A stretch of DNA of 64,000 bases from an uncultured Thermoprotei archaeon (GTDB taxonomy: Archaea; Thermoproteota; Thermoprotei; Thermofilales; B15-G2): positions 1 through 64,000 of the forward strand of contig CBDUKN010000012.1 of NCBI GenBank assembly GCA_965367815.1, written 5' to 3'. Positions within the stretch are counted from its first letter, which is position 1. Each line of letters starts with the position of its first letter. Made by a program: the position numbers and the translations under genes. The notes under the pieces are model-generated. The model saw nothing but the letters and a program-made list of their open reading frames with translations. It was not told the origin of the DNA and ran no database searches. Of the stretch, positions 1 through 9,371 are shown one piece after another.

Positions 1-3000
1 TCCACTTTCTTTCAAGCGACGGTGTTACGTAGCCAGAAGCCTTTACTGCAGGATATATTCCAGCTATTACTACCGCCGTCATTGAGAAAAGAATCGATAG
101 TGCAGGATAAGGCGAAGAGAAATCTACTGGATACATTCCTGGATAAACTAGTGACATTATGTGGCCGAGAACCAGTGCTATTAAGTAGCCTATAGCAGCT
201 CCTAATACTGCATAAACAAAGCCTTCTGAAAATATCATGAGAGCTACATGCATTGGTGATAGCCCGAGAACACTATATATCTTTATTTCTCTCAGTCTTT
301 CATATACAGCTGCTATCATTACATTGAGAAGCGATAACATTACTACGAGCAAAGGTATACTTATTTGACCTAATCCCTTAAGCTCATATCCTCTAATCCA
401 TCTAGAGAGAAATGTTTGTTTGCCATTAGAGTGATACACTGCAAGATAGCTTAAGTGCTCTGATATATCCTTGGCACCCTTCTCTACTACGTTAAGGTTA
501 GGTGACACTACTGCTACTGAAACAACATAGCCTCCTACGCGTATCGCTAAGCCATAGGGTATTATAATTAAGTGATCTTTAGCCTTAATAGGTGCTCCAG
601 GAGGAGCTTCTGGATCTCTCGGCGTAATATAGTCTCCATCTATATCTTGCAGATATATTTTGGCTTCTTTTACTTTAATTACTTTAACTACAGTTAGCTT
701 TATTCCGGCTACATAAATACAGCTTCCAGGCTTTAAGCTTAATTCTTTTGCTAAATCTTCTGTAACTATAGCGGAGAACATTAACCCTCTCCACTCTAAG
801 TCTTTTAAAATATCCTTAAGTAGAGGCTCTTTTGCACAAACCCCTACTACTGCTTTAGCAAATCCTAGCTCTTTTTTCTCATTCATAACGCAAATCCATC
901 CTTCTCTAGTAGGTACACGTAACCATACTCTTGGACAGATTTCTCCTTTTCCTTTAAAGTAACCAGTAAGGTATTCTAGGAGAGAAGGAGATATGGACAT
1001 TTCCTCGCCAGCTTTAATTAATATACCTTGATATGGATAAGACGGCTTAACTGGCAGTTTCTGAGTCTTATAGAAGTCACCGAATGTCCATGAAGTAAAC
1101 AGAACTAGCGATAGCACTAGACAAATCACAGAAGATAATGTAAGAGCTGTTCTTAAAGGTCTTTTCTTGAGATTTCCGACGCCTACTGACAAAGCAGCAG
1201 ACATTATTGAAAACCTTGAAACATCTATGAAATGTTCTCCAATAATTTTACGTTTAATTTCCTTAGCGAAAGAAATTACCCCATTTATAATAAACCCTAA
1301 GACAGGCAAAGTAAGTATAAATGAGAATATGCTTAGGGAGGCCATAATGGAGTTCCAGGCTATTCTGAGACCTGGATGAAGTACATATGATAAAGCTATG
1401 AGAACTGCTAGCACACCTAAGATACAGAATATTCTCTGTAAGCCGTGTTTCTCGAAAACTAAGCGTTCAATAACTAATGCCATAGGAATAAGCAGAAGTA
1501 TCAGCATTACGTTCGTATATACTATGTTCACGTATACCTCGCGTGCGATAATGTAAGCTTTTCTAGCTAAATCCCATGATCTGTACATAAGCGCATAAGC
1601 CTCAGTAAATGCTCCTTTCTTAAGTAGCTCGCAGGCTCTGTTATACAAGCTTAGTGCTTCACTATAGTAATTTACAGCTCTTCCAATAGATCCAGCTAAA
1701 GTCGCCTCGTTTTTCATTACATTAAGCCTTTCGCCTGCAAGTTTAATCATTTCAGTAGCGTATTTGATTGCAGTAATACTTATATCTAAGTACTCTCCTT
1801 CAGCGACTTCAAGTCCCTTTAATATACCTATAGGAGCTTCTTCTACAACACTCTTAAATACTATATCTACCGGAGTATCTGGTGGAACGAAAATTACTGC
1901 ATCATATCCTATAGCAGGATCTCCTATGCCTAGTGAAATCATTCTCGCTGTTAAAAGAGGACTTGGGGGAGTCGATATAATGTATCCATAGTCAAGGAGC
2001 TGAGCTCTGCTCCTAGCATCATAAATTATAAAGAACATAGGTTCCATTCGAGCAACTAAAGGTGTTGCAAGCGTAGTGGGATCTATCATGTCGTGAAGAA
2101 CTATTGTACCGCATCTGAACAAAACTATATTAACTGGTATTCTACCGGAAGCCTCATCTTCCGAACGAAGTGTGAATAGCGGGCCAAATGGCCATAGTTT
2201 TCTACCATAATAACCGTGATCAGGTGCCCAAACTATATTCCCTGTGTTATTGTTTATGACGAAAGCCCATATTTGGTACTCAAATGCTCCTAAAGCCCAT
2301 CCCGAAGGCTTAAGTCCAGGTATCTCAAAGTCCCCTGTTTCATTAGCGATCGTTATAAAGAAATGCCTGTATACTCCTATTGTATGCATTCTAACATAAA
2401 TTATAATAAATTCGTTCTTTTTAATCACTTTACTCCAGCAATTATCATACCATGCTTTAGAATAATTGTAGTAGCGAACCTTTCCCCTTAATAGAGCGAA
2501 GCCTACAGGAGCTGTACGAGAATGCCCGTGCATTATGTCTCTAAGCATAGGACTTACTGTAGCTCTTGGATCAGAGAGGATGAGGTAAATTAGGCCGCAG
2601 AAAAACTCTGCCTGAGGCTTAATATTATTAAAGTTCACTTTATCAAAAGTATCGCATGAAGTTTCCCAAATTATTCTAGCAGCATGTGCTGTATAAAATG
2701 TTAAAGAAAATATTGGAACATGCAAAAATACTTCTCCAACATGATTTACCTGAGATGGCAATCCTTCTCTATCGAAACTTGATATAGCAAAGTAAACTGT
2801 ATAGTTTCTCCCAGCTAAATGATATGTTCTTGTAGTTAAATCATATACACCTCCGGCTCTTCTAATAGACTCTATGTTATAGTCTTTTAAATATGACTCT
2901 ATAGCGTAAATGTTTGTTGCTGCTCTATGCTCTATATCTAGTCCTCCATAAAAAGTGCCTAAAGTAGTTAAAGTAATTGCAGGAGAATCTGAAGAAAAGC

Positions 3001-4087
3001 AAGGTACAAATACTGCAACTGTTTGGTTCCCCGAAATGGCTATTAAACCTTTACTCCCGTTGAATATTGCTGGCTTGTCGTTATCCCAGTGCTTGAAAAA
3101 CAGATATTCTGCAAAGTGTCTTGCTCCCGCCATTCCTATAGCTGCTCCTGAGAAGAAAGCTAGCAATACATTTCTCTTCGGCCTATGCTCTTTAAGAATA
3201 CGGGCAAACTCTAAGAGAACTGCTGCACTGCATGCTTCATCTGCTGCAGGAGTGAGACCGGGAACTACACCATAAGCATCGAAAAGACAGGCAAGCATAA
3301 TTACATAGGGTTCATTCAAAGTCCCCGGAATCCACGCAAAAATATTCCCAAGAACTACTTTCCTCCAGTACATTTTAACTTCAAGTCGTGCAATAACATC
3401 TACACTTTTAGCCTCTGCATCTCTTAGTAAGTGAATCAGCTCTTTTGCATCAGTGTACCTTATTATAACTCTAGGAAACTTTATTGGCACTTCTAACACT
3501 TTATAGTCACCTTCGCCTCTAACAGTATATAAAGGCTCAATAAATACTACAGCCTTAGCTCCAAGATTAAGTGCATACATCCAATTAGCTCTACTATTGT
3601 AATTCATTACTACTATGCTACCAGTAATATTCTTTCCCTCAAAATCCTTTACATTGCCCTCGCCTACGTAAACCACTTTACCTTCATATACTCCAGTACA
3701 CGTCTGAACAAGATTAGGGAATAAAGCATATACTCTAAAGACTCTTTTTACCGGCGATAATATCACTAGAGTAGAGTTAGCATCGTATGGCACTACAGCC
3801 TCATATGTCCATATCCAGGTATTAAGACCTAAGTCTTCTGACAGAAACTTATAAATATATTCGGCTGCCTTCTCATAGCCCTCATAGCCAGTAAATCTAC
3901 TGCCAAAACTGGATAAAGCCTTAACATGTTTTTTAATGTTATCCATATTAAGTGACTCTATAGCTAACTTAGCCGCCTCTTGAGGATCCCATGTAATTGA
4001 CGTAGAATCTGCCCTGATCGCCTGAATTATAATTGGAAGCATTACTAGTAATGCAATTAGTCCTGCAACAAGCTTGCCCTTAAACAT
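1..4087 (-). CDS. Large membrane protein: signal peptide + PA domain/M28-like (probably inactive) domain + MacB/FtsX-type permease; 3' end runs off the window
   Basis: Not in the ORF track (no stop in the window). Hand translation from ATG 4087: MFKGKLVAGLIALLVMLPIIIQAIRA...GSRFTGYEGYEKAAEYI...VIMLACLFDAYGVVPGLTPAADEACSAAVLLEFAR...LKKRPLRTALT...VTPSLERKW (same frame at 2-4). Colinear with the 18651..22883 protein. Not every codon was checked. Confidence 0.9.
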   Translation of the reverse strand, partial: MFKGKLVAGLIALLVMLPIIIQAIRADSTSITWDPQEAAKLAIESLNMDNIKKHVKALSSFGSRFTGYEGYEKAAEYIYKFLSEDLGLNTWIWTYEAVVPYDANSTLVILSPVKRVFRVYALFPNLVQTCTGVYEGKVVYVGEGNVKDFEGKNITGSIVVMNYNSRANWMYALNLGAKAVVFIEPLYTVRGEGDYKVLEVPIKFPRVIIRYTDAKELIHLLRDAEAKSVDVIARLEVKMYWRKVVLGNIFAWIPGTLNEPYVIMLACLFDAYGVVPGLTPAADEACSAAVLLEFARILKEHRPKRNVLLAFFSGAAIGMAGARHFAEYLFFKHWDNDKPAIFNGSKGLIAISGNQTVAVFVPCFSSDSPAITLTTLGTFYGGLDIEHRAATNIYAIESYLKDYNIESIRRAGGVYDLTTRTYHLAGRNYTVYFAISSFDREGLPSQVNHVGEVFLHVPIFSLTFYTAHAARIIWETSCDTFDKVNFNNIKPQAEFFCGLIYLILSDPRATVSPMLRDIMHGHSRTAPVGFALLRGKVRYYNYSKAWYDNCWSKVIKKNEFIIIYVRMHTIGVYRHFFITIANETGDFEIPGLKPSGWALGAFEYQIWAFVINNNTGNIVWAPDHGYYGRKLWPFGPLFTLRSEDEASGRIPVNIVLFRCGTIVLHDMIDPTTLATPLVARMEPMFFIIYDARSRAQLLDYGYIISTPPSPLLTARMISLGIGDPAIGYDAVIFVPPDTPVDIVFKSVVEEAPIGILKGLEVAEGEYLDISITAIKYATEMIKLAGERLNVMKNEATLAGSIGRAVNYYSEALSLYNRACELLKKGAFTEAYALMYRSWDLARKAYIIAREVYVNIVYTNVMLILLLIPMALVIERLVFEKHGLQRIFCILGVLAVLIALSYVLHPGLRIAWNSIMASLSIFSFILTLPVLGFIINGVISFAKEIKRKIIGEHFIDVSRFSIMSAALSVGVGNLKKRPLRTALTLSSVICLVLSLVLFTSWTFGDFYKTQKLPVKPSYPYQGILIKAGEEMSISPSLLEYLTGYFKGKGEICPRVWLRVPTREGWICVMNEKKELGFAKAVVGVCAKEPLLKDILKDLEWRGLMFSAIVTEDLAKELSLKPGSCIYVAGIKLTVVKVIKVKEAKIYLQDIDGDYITPRDPEAPPGAPIKAKDHLIIIPYGLAIRVGGYVVSVAVVSPNLNVVEKGAKDISEHLSYLAVYHSNGKQTFLSRWIRGYELKGLGQISIPLLVVMLSLLNVMIAAVYERLREIKIYSVLGLSPMHVALMIFSEGFVYAVLGAAIGYLIALVLGHIMSLVYPGMYPVDFSSPYPALSILFSMTAVVIAGIYPAVKASGYVTPSLERKW

Positions 4088-4243
4088 CCAAGATCCCTCA
4101 AGAGTAAAAATCACCACCGCATATATATATATTTTTCTTTCAATAGTTAATAAAACTGCTTGTTTTTTAAAAAAATTTTTAAAATAACTCATTTTTATCT
4201 ACTCATAAATAATGTTCTAAAAAATAGAAGTAAAATTATTTGC

Positions 4244-6310
4244 TTAGATGGGTAGTACTCCTGCACCGTATCTTAGATACAGCACTATAGGCCAGCCTAA
4301 GCTCCAAGAGAGTAGTGAACCGAAGAACATTCCTACAGCAAAGGGCACAGCATAGTCGCTGTAAATCCTTGCACCTCCAATTTTAATTACAAGAAGCTTT
4401 GCTATGAAGGCTACTAATACTGATCCCCAAGCATAGAAGTTCAGTAGCGCCAGCATTGGGTATGCTATTGGGTTTATTATAAACCAAGCAAACCTTGTTC
4501 TTAAGAACATTAATACTGCGCCAACTATTATTCCTGTGAGAGTAGACCAAGCAAAGACAGGGTTAGGCGGCTCTTTAGCTCTTACTACATAGTTTCCAGC
4601 ACCTAACCCGTTGTTCAGAGCTCCGTCCCAGCTGGTAGTCCAGCCGTGAGCCCAGTTGCGCATACCTTGAAGACCTATAGTGTACCAGCCTATTACTACT
4701 GAAAGTATAGCTGTAAGTATGACTATAGGGAACTGTATTTTAAATACTTCTTTGGGATCAGTTTTAGTTTCACGAGCTATTTTGTAGCTGAAGATAGCTG
4801 GTACTAAAGATGAGTGAGGCTGGTAGCAGGTGGCATTTGAGACAATGTATGCTAGTCCATAGCCTGTTGTAGAGGCGTTTCCTGCTAGAGCACTTGATAC
4901 GTAATAAGCAAAGTGCCTGTCGGGTCCTTGTAATCTAAAGCCCCATGGATCGAAGATATCGCTAGTCCAGGCTTCTCCACTAAATCTTAGTACAGCGAAC
5001 CATACTACAAGTATATATAGTATTCCTAGAAATGAAGCTACTGGATGTATTTGGCTAGCACACATCCAGAGGAAGAGTAATATTGTTCCTCCTAGGAAAA
5101 TTAGCCATGCTACACGAGGTGGTACAGGCTCATCTTTTTCAGGAGCCTCGCCTCTCATAAATCTCTTAAAGGATGAAATCCAGTAATCTCTTGTATACCA
5201 AATTAAGTATAAGGCAATGCCGAAGGTCATGCAGTTTAAAGCCCAGTTATATGTTCCAGCTAAACCTAAGTCTGACTTGTAGTATGTTCCCCACATAGCG
5301 CCCCATTCACTAGTAGGGCTTGATGGATATACTCCTGTTGCAACAAAGACTGCTGGTACTATTACTTGGAATATGAAGTAGAAGAGAACTCCTGTAAAGA
5401 GTATGTCTATTGAGAATAAGAAACATAGACCTACTTGCGCAGGTGTGGGACTGAATGAGTCGAGTACAGATCTCTGGAAAGGCGGATACTTGCCCTGTAG
5501 ATCAACGTCAGGTATAACGAAGGGCGGGTGTTTCCATATTGATAGGAAGCCACCCCAATACTGGAAGTGGAATAAATCGTAGAGTACTGCAAGAATGAAA
5601 CCTATCCAGAACAGTAGTGCTTTCTTGCTGAAGAGAAGCCTTCTCTTAGCTCCCTCTACTGCAGGTGATGAAACATAGTTTATCATGGTAAGTGTCGTTA
5701 TTGTAACTGGATAAGGTAACTTCTCTACGTCGATAAATCTCTTCATGAATATTAGTGCTAATCCATAAAGCATTACATTGAAGAATATATAATAGAGAAC
5801 CCATGTAACGATAGGCACGGTCCAGGCATCAGCATAGGGAATAGTCCACTGGAATGGGTTTCTAGACTCCCAGAACGCAGAGAGTATTGTATAGTCTCTC
5901 GGCACCCAGTTGCTAGGGATGAACTCTATTAAATGCTTGTATTTTTCCGTACCTAGCATTGTATTCATACACCAAGCCCATATTCCCCACCAAAATGTGC
6001 TGGGTACGACTACAGATGCTACTGCATACACTATGGTCCACTCTTGCTTAGTTAGTGAAAGTTTCCTTGAGGCGAATGAGAGTAGTGCAATTATGAACAT
6101 TAATGGAAATAGTATTGTTTCCCATCCAAAGTACCATTTCCATCCAAAGTATACTAGGTAGTGGGTGAACCAGTATGGTGCTCCTGCGACGCTGGGGTGG
6201 AAGCTGTAGAAGAATATTGCGTAAGTCAATATTATTATTATTGCGGACAGTGTGAGTGACTTGGGAGTAATTCCTTTGGCTACAGCCTCGCTTTTAGCTT
6301 CAGTAGACAT
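4244..6310 (-). CDS. DUF6785/DUF6784-family polytopic membrane protein (OPT-like putative transporter)
   Basis: Many hydrophobic helices; family-type motifs LTKQEWTIVY, PSNWVP, WTVPIVTW, RFIDVEKLPYP, RTRFAWFIINPIAY, GGARIY..VPFAVG. ATG 6310 (MSTEAK) is more plausible than the track start at 6400. Confidence 0.8.
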   Translation of the reverse strand: MSTEAKSEAVAKGITPKSLTLSAIIIILTYAIFFYSFHPSVAGAPYWFTHYLVYFGWKWYFGWETILFPLMFIIALLSFASRKLSLTKQEWTIVYAVASVVVPSTFWWGIWAWCMNTMLGTEKYKHLIEFIPSNWVPRDYTILSAFWESRNPFQWTIPYADAWTVPIVTWVLYYIFFNVMLYGLALIFMKRFIDVEKLPYPVTITTLTMINYVSSPAVEGAKRRLLFSKKALLFWIGFILAVLYDLFHFQYWGGFLSIWKHPPFVIPDVDLQGKYPPFQRSVLDSFSPTPAQVGLCFLFSIDILFTGVLFYFIFQVIVPAVFVATGVYPSSPTSEWGAMWGTYYKSDLGLAGTYNWALNCMTFGIALYLIWYTRDYWISSFKRFMRGEAPEKDEPVPPRVAWLIFLGGTILLFLWMCASQIHPVASFLGILYILVVWFAVLRFSGEAWTSDIFDPWGFRLQGPDRHFAYYVSSALAGNASTTGYGLAYIVSNATCYQPHSSLVPAIFSYKIARETKTDPKEVFKIQFPIVILTAILSVVIGWYTIGLQGMRNWAHGWTTSWDGALNNGLGAGNYVVRAKEPPNPVFAWSTLTGIIVGAVLMFLRTRFAWFIINPIAYPMLALLNFYAWGSVLVAFIAKLLVIKIGGARIYSDYAVPFAVGMFFGSLLSWSLGWPIVLYLRYGAGVLPI

Positions 6311-6599
6311 GTTATAAACACTGCGTCTCGATATAAATACATTAGAGAAAAGTTTAAAAAGCTTCAAGATTTTTTTCATAATGAAAAAATTTATTTTCAA
6401 AGTAAAATGGCTCTGTACTTACGGAAAATGCTCTATTTCTAGATAAACTGGGGGTAGATATTCTTACTGATACATAATTAAACTCTAGTTCTGGCGGCTA
6501 AAGCACATCATGTATTAGATAAACTAATGCCTTAGTATTCTCAATGTATTAAATAATATTAAAAGTATTGAGGCTAAATTTTTAGCTAGTGATAAATTG

Positions 6600-6710
6600 T
6601 TATTTATTTGCTTTATGTGAATATTTTCGTTTGATGAAGTAGACTGCTCCTATGCATAGGGCTATGATTGCTACCTGGAATATTACTAGAGGTGTGTAGT
6701 CAGCGAAGTT
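6600..6710 (-). pseudogene. 3' remnant of a membrane-anchored surface protein
   Basis: Reads NFADYTPLVIFQVAIIALCIGAVYFIKRKYSHKANK*: TM helix plus basic tail, no start. Confidence 0.5.
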
Positions 6711-6849
6711 ATATCAGTGAAACTTACTGACTATGCTAAGGAAGGTGAAGCCGTAGTGGTGTATTTAAGTAATGAGGCTCAATGCATTTTCTAGGAGAGT
6801 ACAATAGTTGAAGAAACCTGCTTTTTAGAAGTGCGTGCATTAATGTGAC

Positions 6850-7432
6850 AATTTTAAAGCTAGACACTATTTACGCAAAGTGGAAAAGCAGTAATTATGT
6901 TTACGTGAAATCAGAGTATGATGTTGTAAAAAGTACTAGCTGGTATGATGAAAACTTTATAGCAGAAGTATCTGTTGAAAAGAAAATATTACAGTAGGTA
7001 ACTGCATTAAAGCATCGTTCCGTGGATGGGCTATTGGGGGAACTATTGTTTCTACTAAAAAACAATAGTTTTACAGTAACTAAGCCTACGGTAGTAGAAG
7101 CTCTATGGAGTAAGAAATATCGCGTTGAAATTGTTTCAAAGTACTCTGGTACTGAAGGCTCTGATTAAAATAAGGAAGGATTAATTGTAGTTATAGGATA
7201 AAAGATACTATCGCCGAAGAGACTTTTTTGTGCCATGTTTTCGCTGAATGATACGATGAGAGAAGGCACTTAATCTTTAGTCGCTAAAATAAAGGTAAGC
7301 GGCTCTATGGCCATAGTAGCTAAATGGAGAACAGAGCCTACTTTTTTAACATATGCTATTATCGCGGCATTAGCTATAATCATTTTATGTGCACTATTGC
7401 TCATTATAAGGAAAACTAGGGCATCAAAGTAA
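6850..7432 (+). pseudogene. Decayed 3' part of a repeat-containing cell-surface protein
   Basis: Fragments YVYVKSEYDVVKSTSWYDE, SFTVTKPTVVEALWSKKYRVEIVSKY and GSMAIVAKWRTEPTFLTYAIIAALAIIILCALLLIIRKTRASK*, separated by stops and frameshifts. Confidence 0.65.
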
Positions 7433-7453
7433 ATCTAATTATTTATTTTTATT

Positions 7454-8245
7454 TTATATGAAGATTATTATTCTGAAGTTTAGCCATAGTGCTATTGCTG
7501 CCATGAATGCTGTTAGCCATACTATTTTGTTCCAGTTGAATATTTTATATCCGTCTAGTATTCCTAGCGGCAGTAGATTGAATAGAGCGAAGTCGGCGTT
7601 TATTACTGCGAAGAAGTAAGTGAAGAATGGTAGTATTCTAAGCGAAGCGAGTATTAGGCCTATTATACTCATTACTATGTTTGAGAGTGGGCCTGCTAAA
7701 GCAATAGCTCCTATTTTTGCTCTATCTCCTCCGTAGACAGCGACGTAGCCTGGTGCTATTATTTTAATGGGAAGTAGCGCTGATATAGCTGTTAGCAGGA
7801 GTCCTTGGTAAGAGGCGACGAATCTGGCTCGGTATCCGTAGTTTATGGCTGTGTAGCGGTGGGCTAGTTCGTGTACGAGGAAAGCCAGCAGTACTCCTGT
7901 TAGTACTGATAGGAAGTGTATTGGTCTGAGTAGTGCTGAGAGAGAGGTATATGCGAGTGTTACAGCGAGTACTGCTAAAAGGAGGTCTCTTGTTTCTCCT
8001 GGAGAAAACCAGTGGACTCGGATTAGAGGCCTTGATGGCTTTATTTTAATTTCTTCTGGTCTCCTTATCCTGTACTCTGTAGCATACTTGTCTGGAAGCT
8101 CTACTACTCTCCATTCTCCTCGCTTTAAGCCTGGGCACTCGTGGTTTTCGGGCAAATGGTGCTCTACACAGAATAGTCCTCCACAGTATTTGCATTTAAA
8201 TGGAAGACCGTCTATGTGTTTTCCGCAGTACTCGCACTTAACCGT
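7454..8245 (-). CDS. AN1-type zinc finger fused to M50 (site-2) intramembrane metalloprotease
   Basis: HELAH, AGPLSN and FNLLPLGILDG M50 motifs. The frame extends upstream of the track start as VKCEYCGKHIDGLPFKCKYCGGLFCVEHHLPENHECP (AN1 pattern). Confidence 0.85.
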   Translation of the reverse strand, partial: TVKCEYCGKHIDGLPFKCKYCGGLFCVEHHLPENHECPGLKRGEWRVVELPDKYATEYRIRRPEEIKIKPSRPLIRVHWFSPGETRDLLLAVLAVTLAYTSLSALLRPIHFLSVLTGVLLAFLVHELAHRYTAINYGYRARFVASYQGLLLTAISALLPIKIIAPGYVAVYGGDRAKIGAIALAGPLSNIVMSIIGLILASLRILPFFTYFFAVINADFALFNLLPLGILDGYKIFNWNKIVWLTAFMAAIALWLNFRIIIFI

Positions 8246-8295
8246 AACTATCCCCCTATGTTACTGTCTGCTAGACTATAATATTTTCTGCGCTT

Positions 8296-9327
8296 TCAAA
8301 TCATGTTGTTTATTTTTTCTTTAAGTTCACTCAGTATTTCAATAGTTTCTGTGGAGAAATAGTAGCCTTCGCCACTTAGATCTACTGCTCTCATATAATT
8401 GCAGAAAAACGAAAACGTCGTGGGATCATTTAGAGTCTCGACTAGTTTCTGTTTTCCTAGAGTAGTCTCTATTTTAAGGCTCATATCGAGTCCAACAGTG
8501 TATACTGGACCTATGTTTGAGTAAAGTTCGTTGAGAACATTTTTACCTGCGTATGCCTTAATTATTCCTGTCTCTACTTTCCGGTACTCTTCTTTAATAC
8601 TCTCTTTGAGAGCTAAATATTTCTCGAACGCTAAGTAAGGTGAAGCTACTAGTGAAGCTATTCCTTCGCCCATTACTTCAAGCAGTATTTCGTAGACATT
8701 TCTCATGTTAATTAATCCTTTTCGAGTAAGCCTCCAGTAAATTTCTCTACCATAATGGCCGAGAGCCTTGTGGTGTAGCTCATGTGCCAGTACAGCTGAT
8801 AATTTGTTTAAGTTCCCCAAGAAATGTGTTATGTTCATTACTACTGCTAGAGTATCTATTAAGTTCACTCCATAAGCGTCACTTCCACCTACAACGAAGT
8901 AGATTTTTGCTTCTACTTCAGTATTCTTCGGCAAATACTCTGATGCTCTTCTACAGGCTTCTCTCAGTATCTCGTTTTTATTTTCATCTATTTTCTTTAC
9001 TAAACTATAATATTCTTCTTTATTTTCTAAACACTTTTTATACTCATTATATATTGAAGATAACTTGCCTTCAACTTCTTTTCCCTCAGAAAGAGCTTTC
9101 ATTACTTTAAAAATATCGCCTGTACTCAAATCATGCGCGAAAAGCATATATCTATAAGGCTTTGTATTTAAGACATTTTTAAGAGCTTTATCCCATTCTC
9201 TGCCTTTTTCGACGAGTTCTAAGACACGTAGCATTTTCTTTGCAGGTGTAGTGTCTAGCGATAAGTACCATAGCATATTATCATTAATACTTAGTGGGAA
9301 CACCAATATAAGTTGTTTTGAAAACAC
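8296..9327 (-). CDS. Putative Zn-dependent protease (DUF5700/DUF2268-like zincin)
   Basis: LAHELHH (HExxH) with downstream EGIA motif. Confidence 0.65.
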   Translation of the reverse strand: MFSKQLILVFPLSINDNMLWYLSLDTTPAKKMLRVLELVEKGREWDKALKNVLNTKPYRYMLFAHDLSTGDIFKVMKALSEGKEVEGKLSSIYNEYKKCLENKEEYYSLVKKIDENKNEILREACRRASEYLPKNTEVEAKIYFVVGGSDAYGVNLIDTLAVVMNITHFLGNLNKLSAVLAHELHHKALGHYGREIYWRLTRKGLINMRNVYEILLEVMGEGIASLVASPYLAFEKYLALKESIKEEYRKVETGIIKAYAGKNVLNELYSNIGPVYTVGLDMSLKIETTLGKQKLVETLNDPTTFSFFCNYMRAVDLSGEGYYFSTETIEILSELKEKINNMI

Positions 9328-9371
9328 TGCAACTACTTAAATAAATGTATTAGGAGAAAAGAAATGAGAAA

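Noticed and set aside
1167-3275. Plus-strand track ORFs 1167..1379, 1764..1991 and 2955..3275
   Set aside because: Antisense shadows of the long minus-strand gene <1..4087.
4120-4132. (AT)6 run as a phase-variable microsatellite
   Set aside because: It sits at the TATA-box position of the 4087 gene in AT-rich DNA; there is no evidence of variation.
6311-6400. N-terminal extension of the DUF6785 ORF (and likewise 55451..55564 and 57587..57613)
   Set aside because: These cover promoter or SD sequence; downstream starts fit better.
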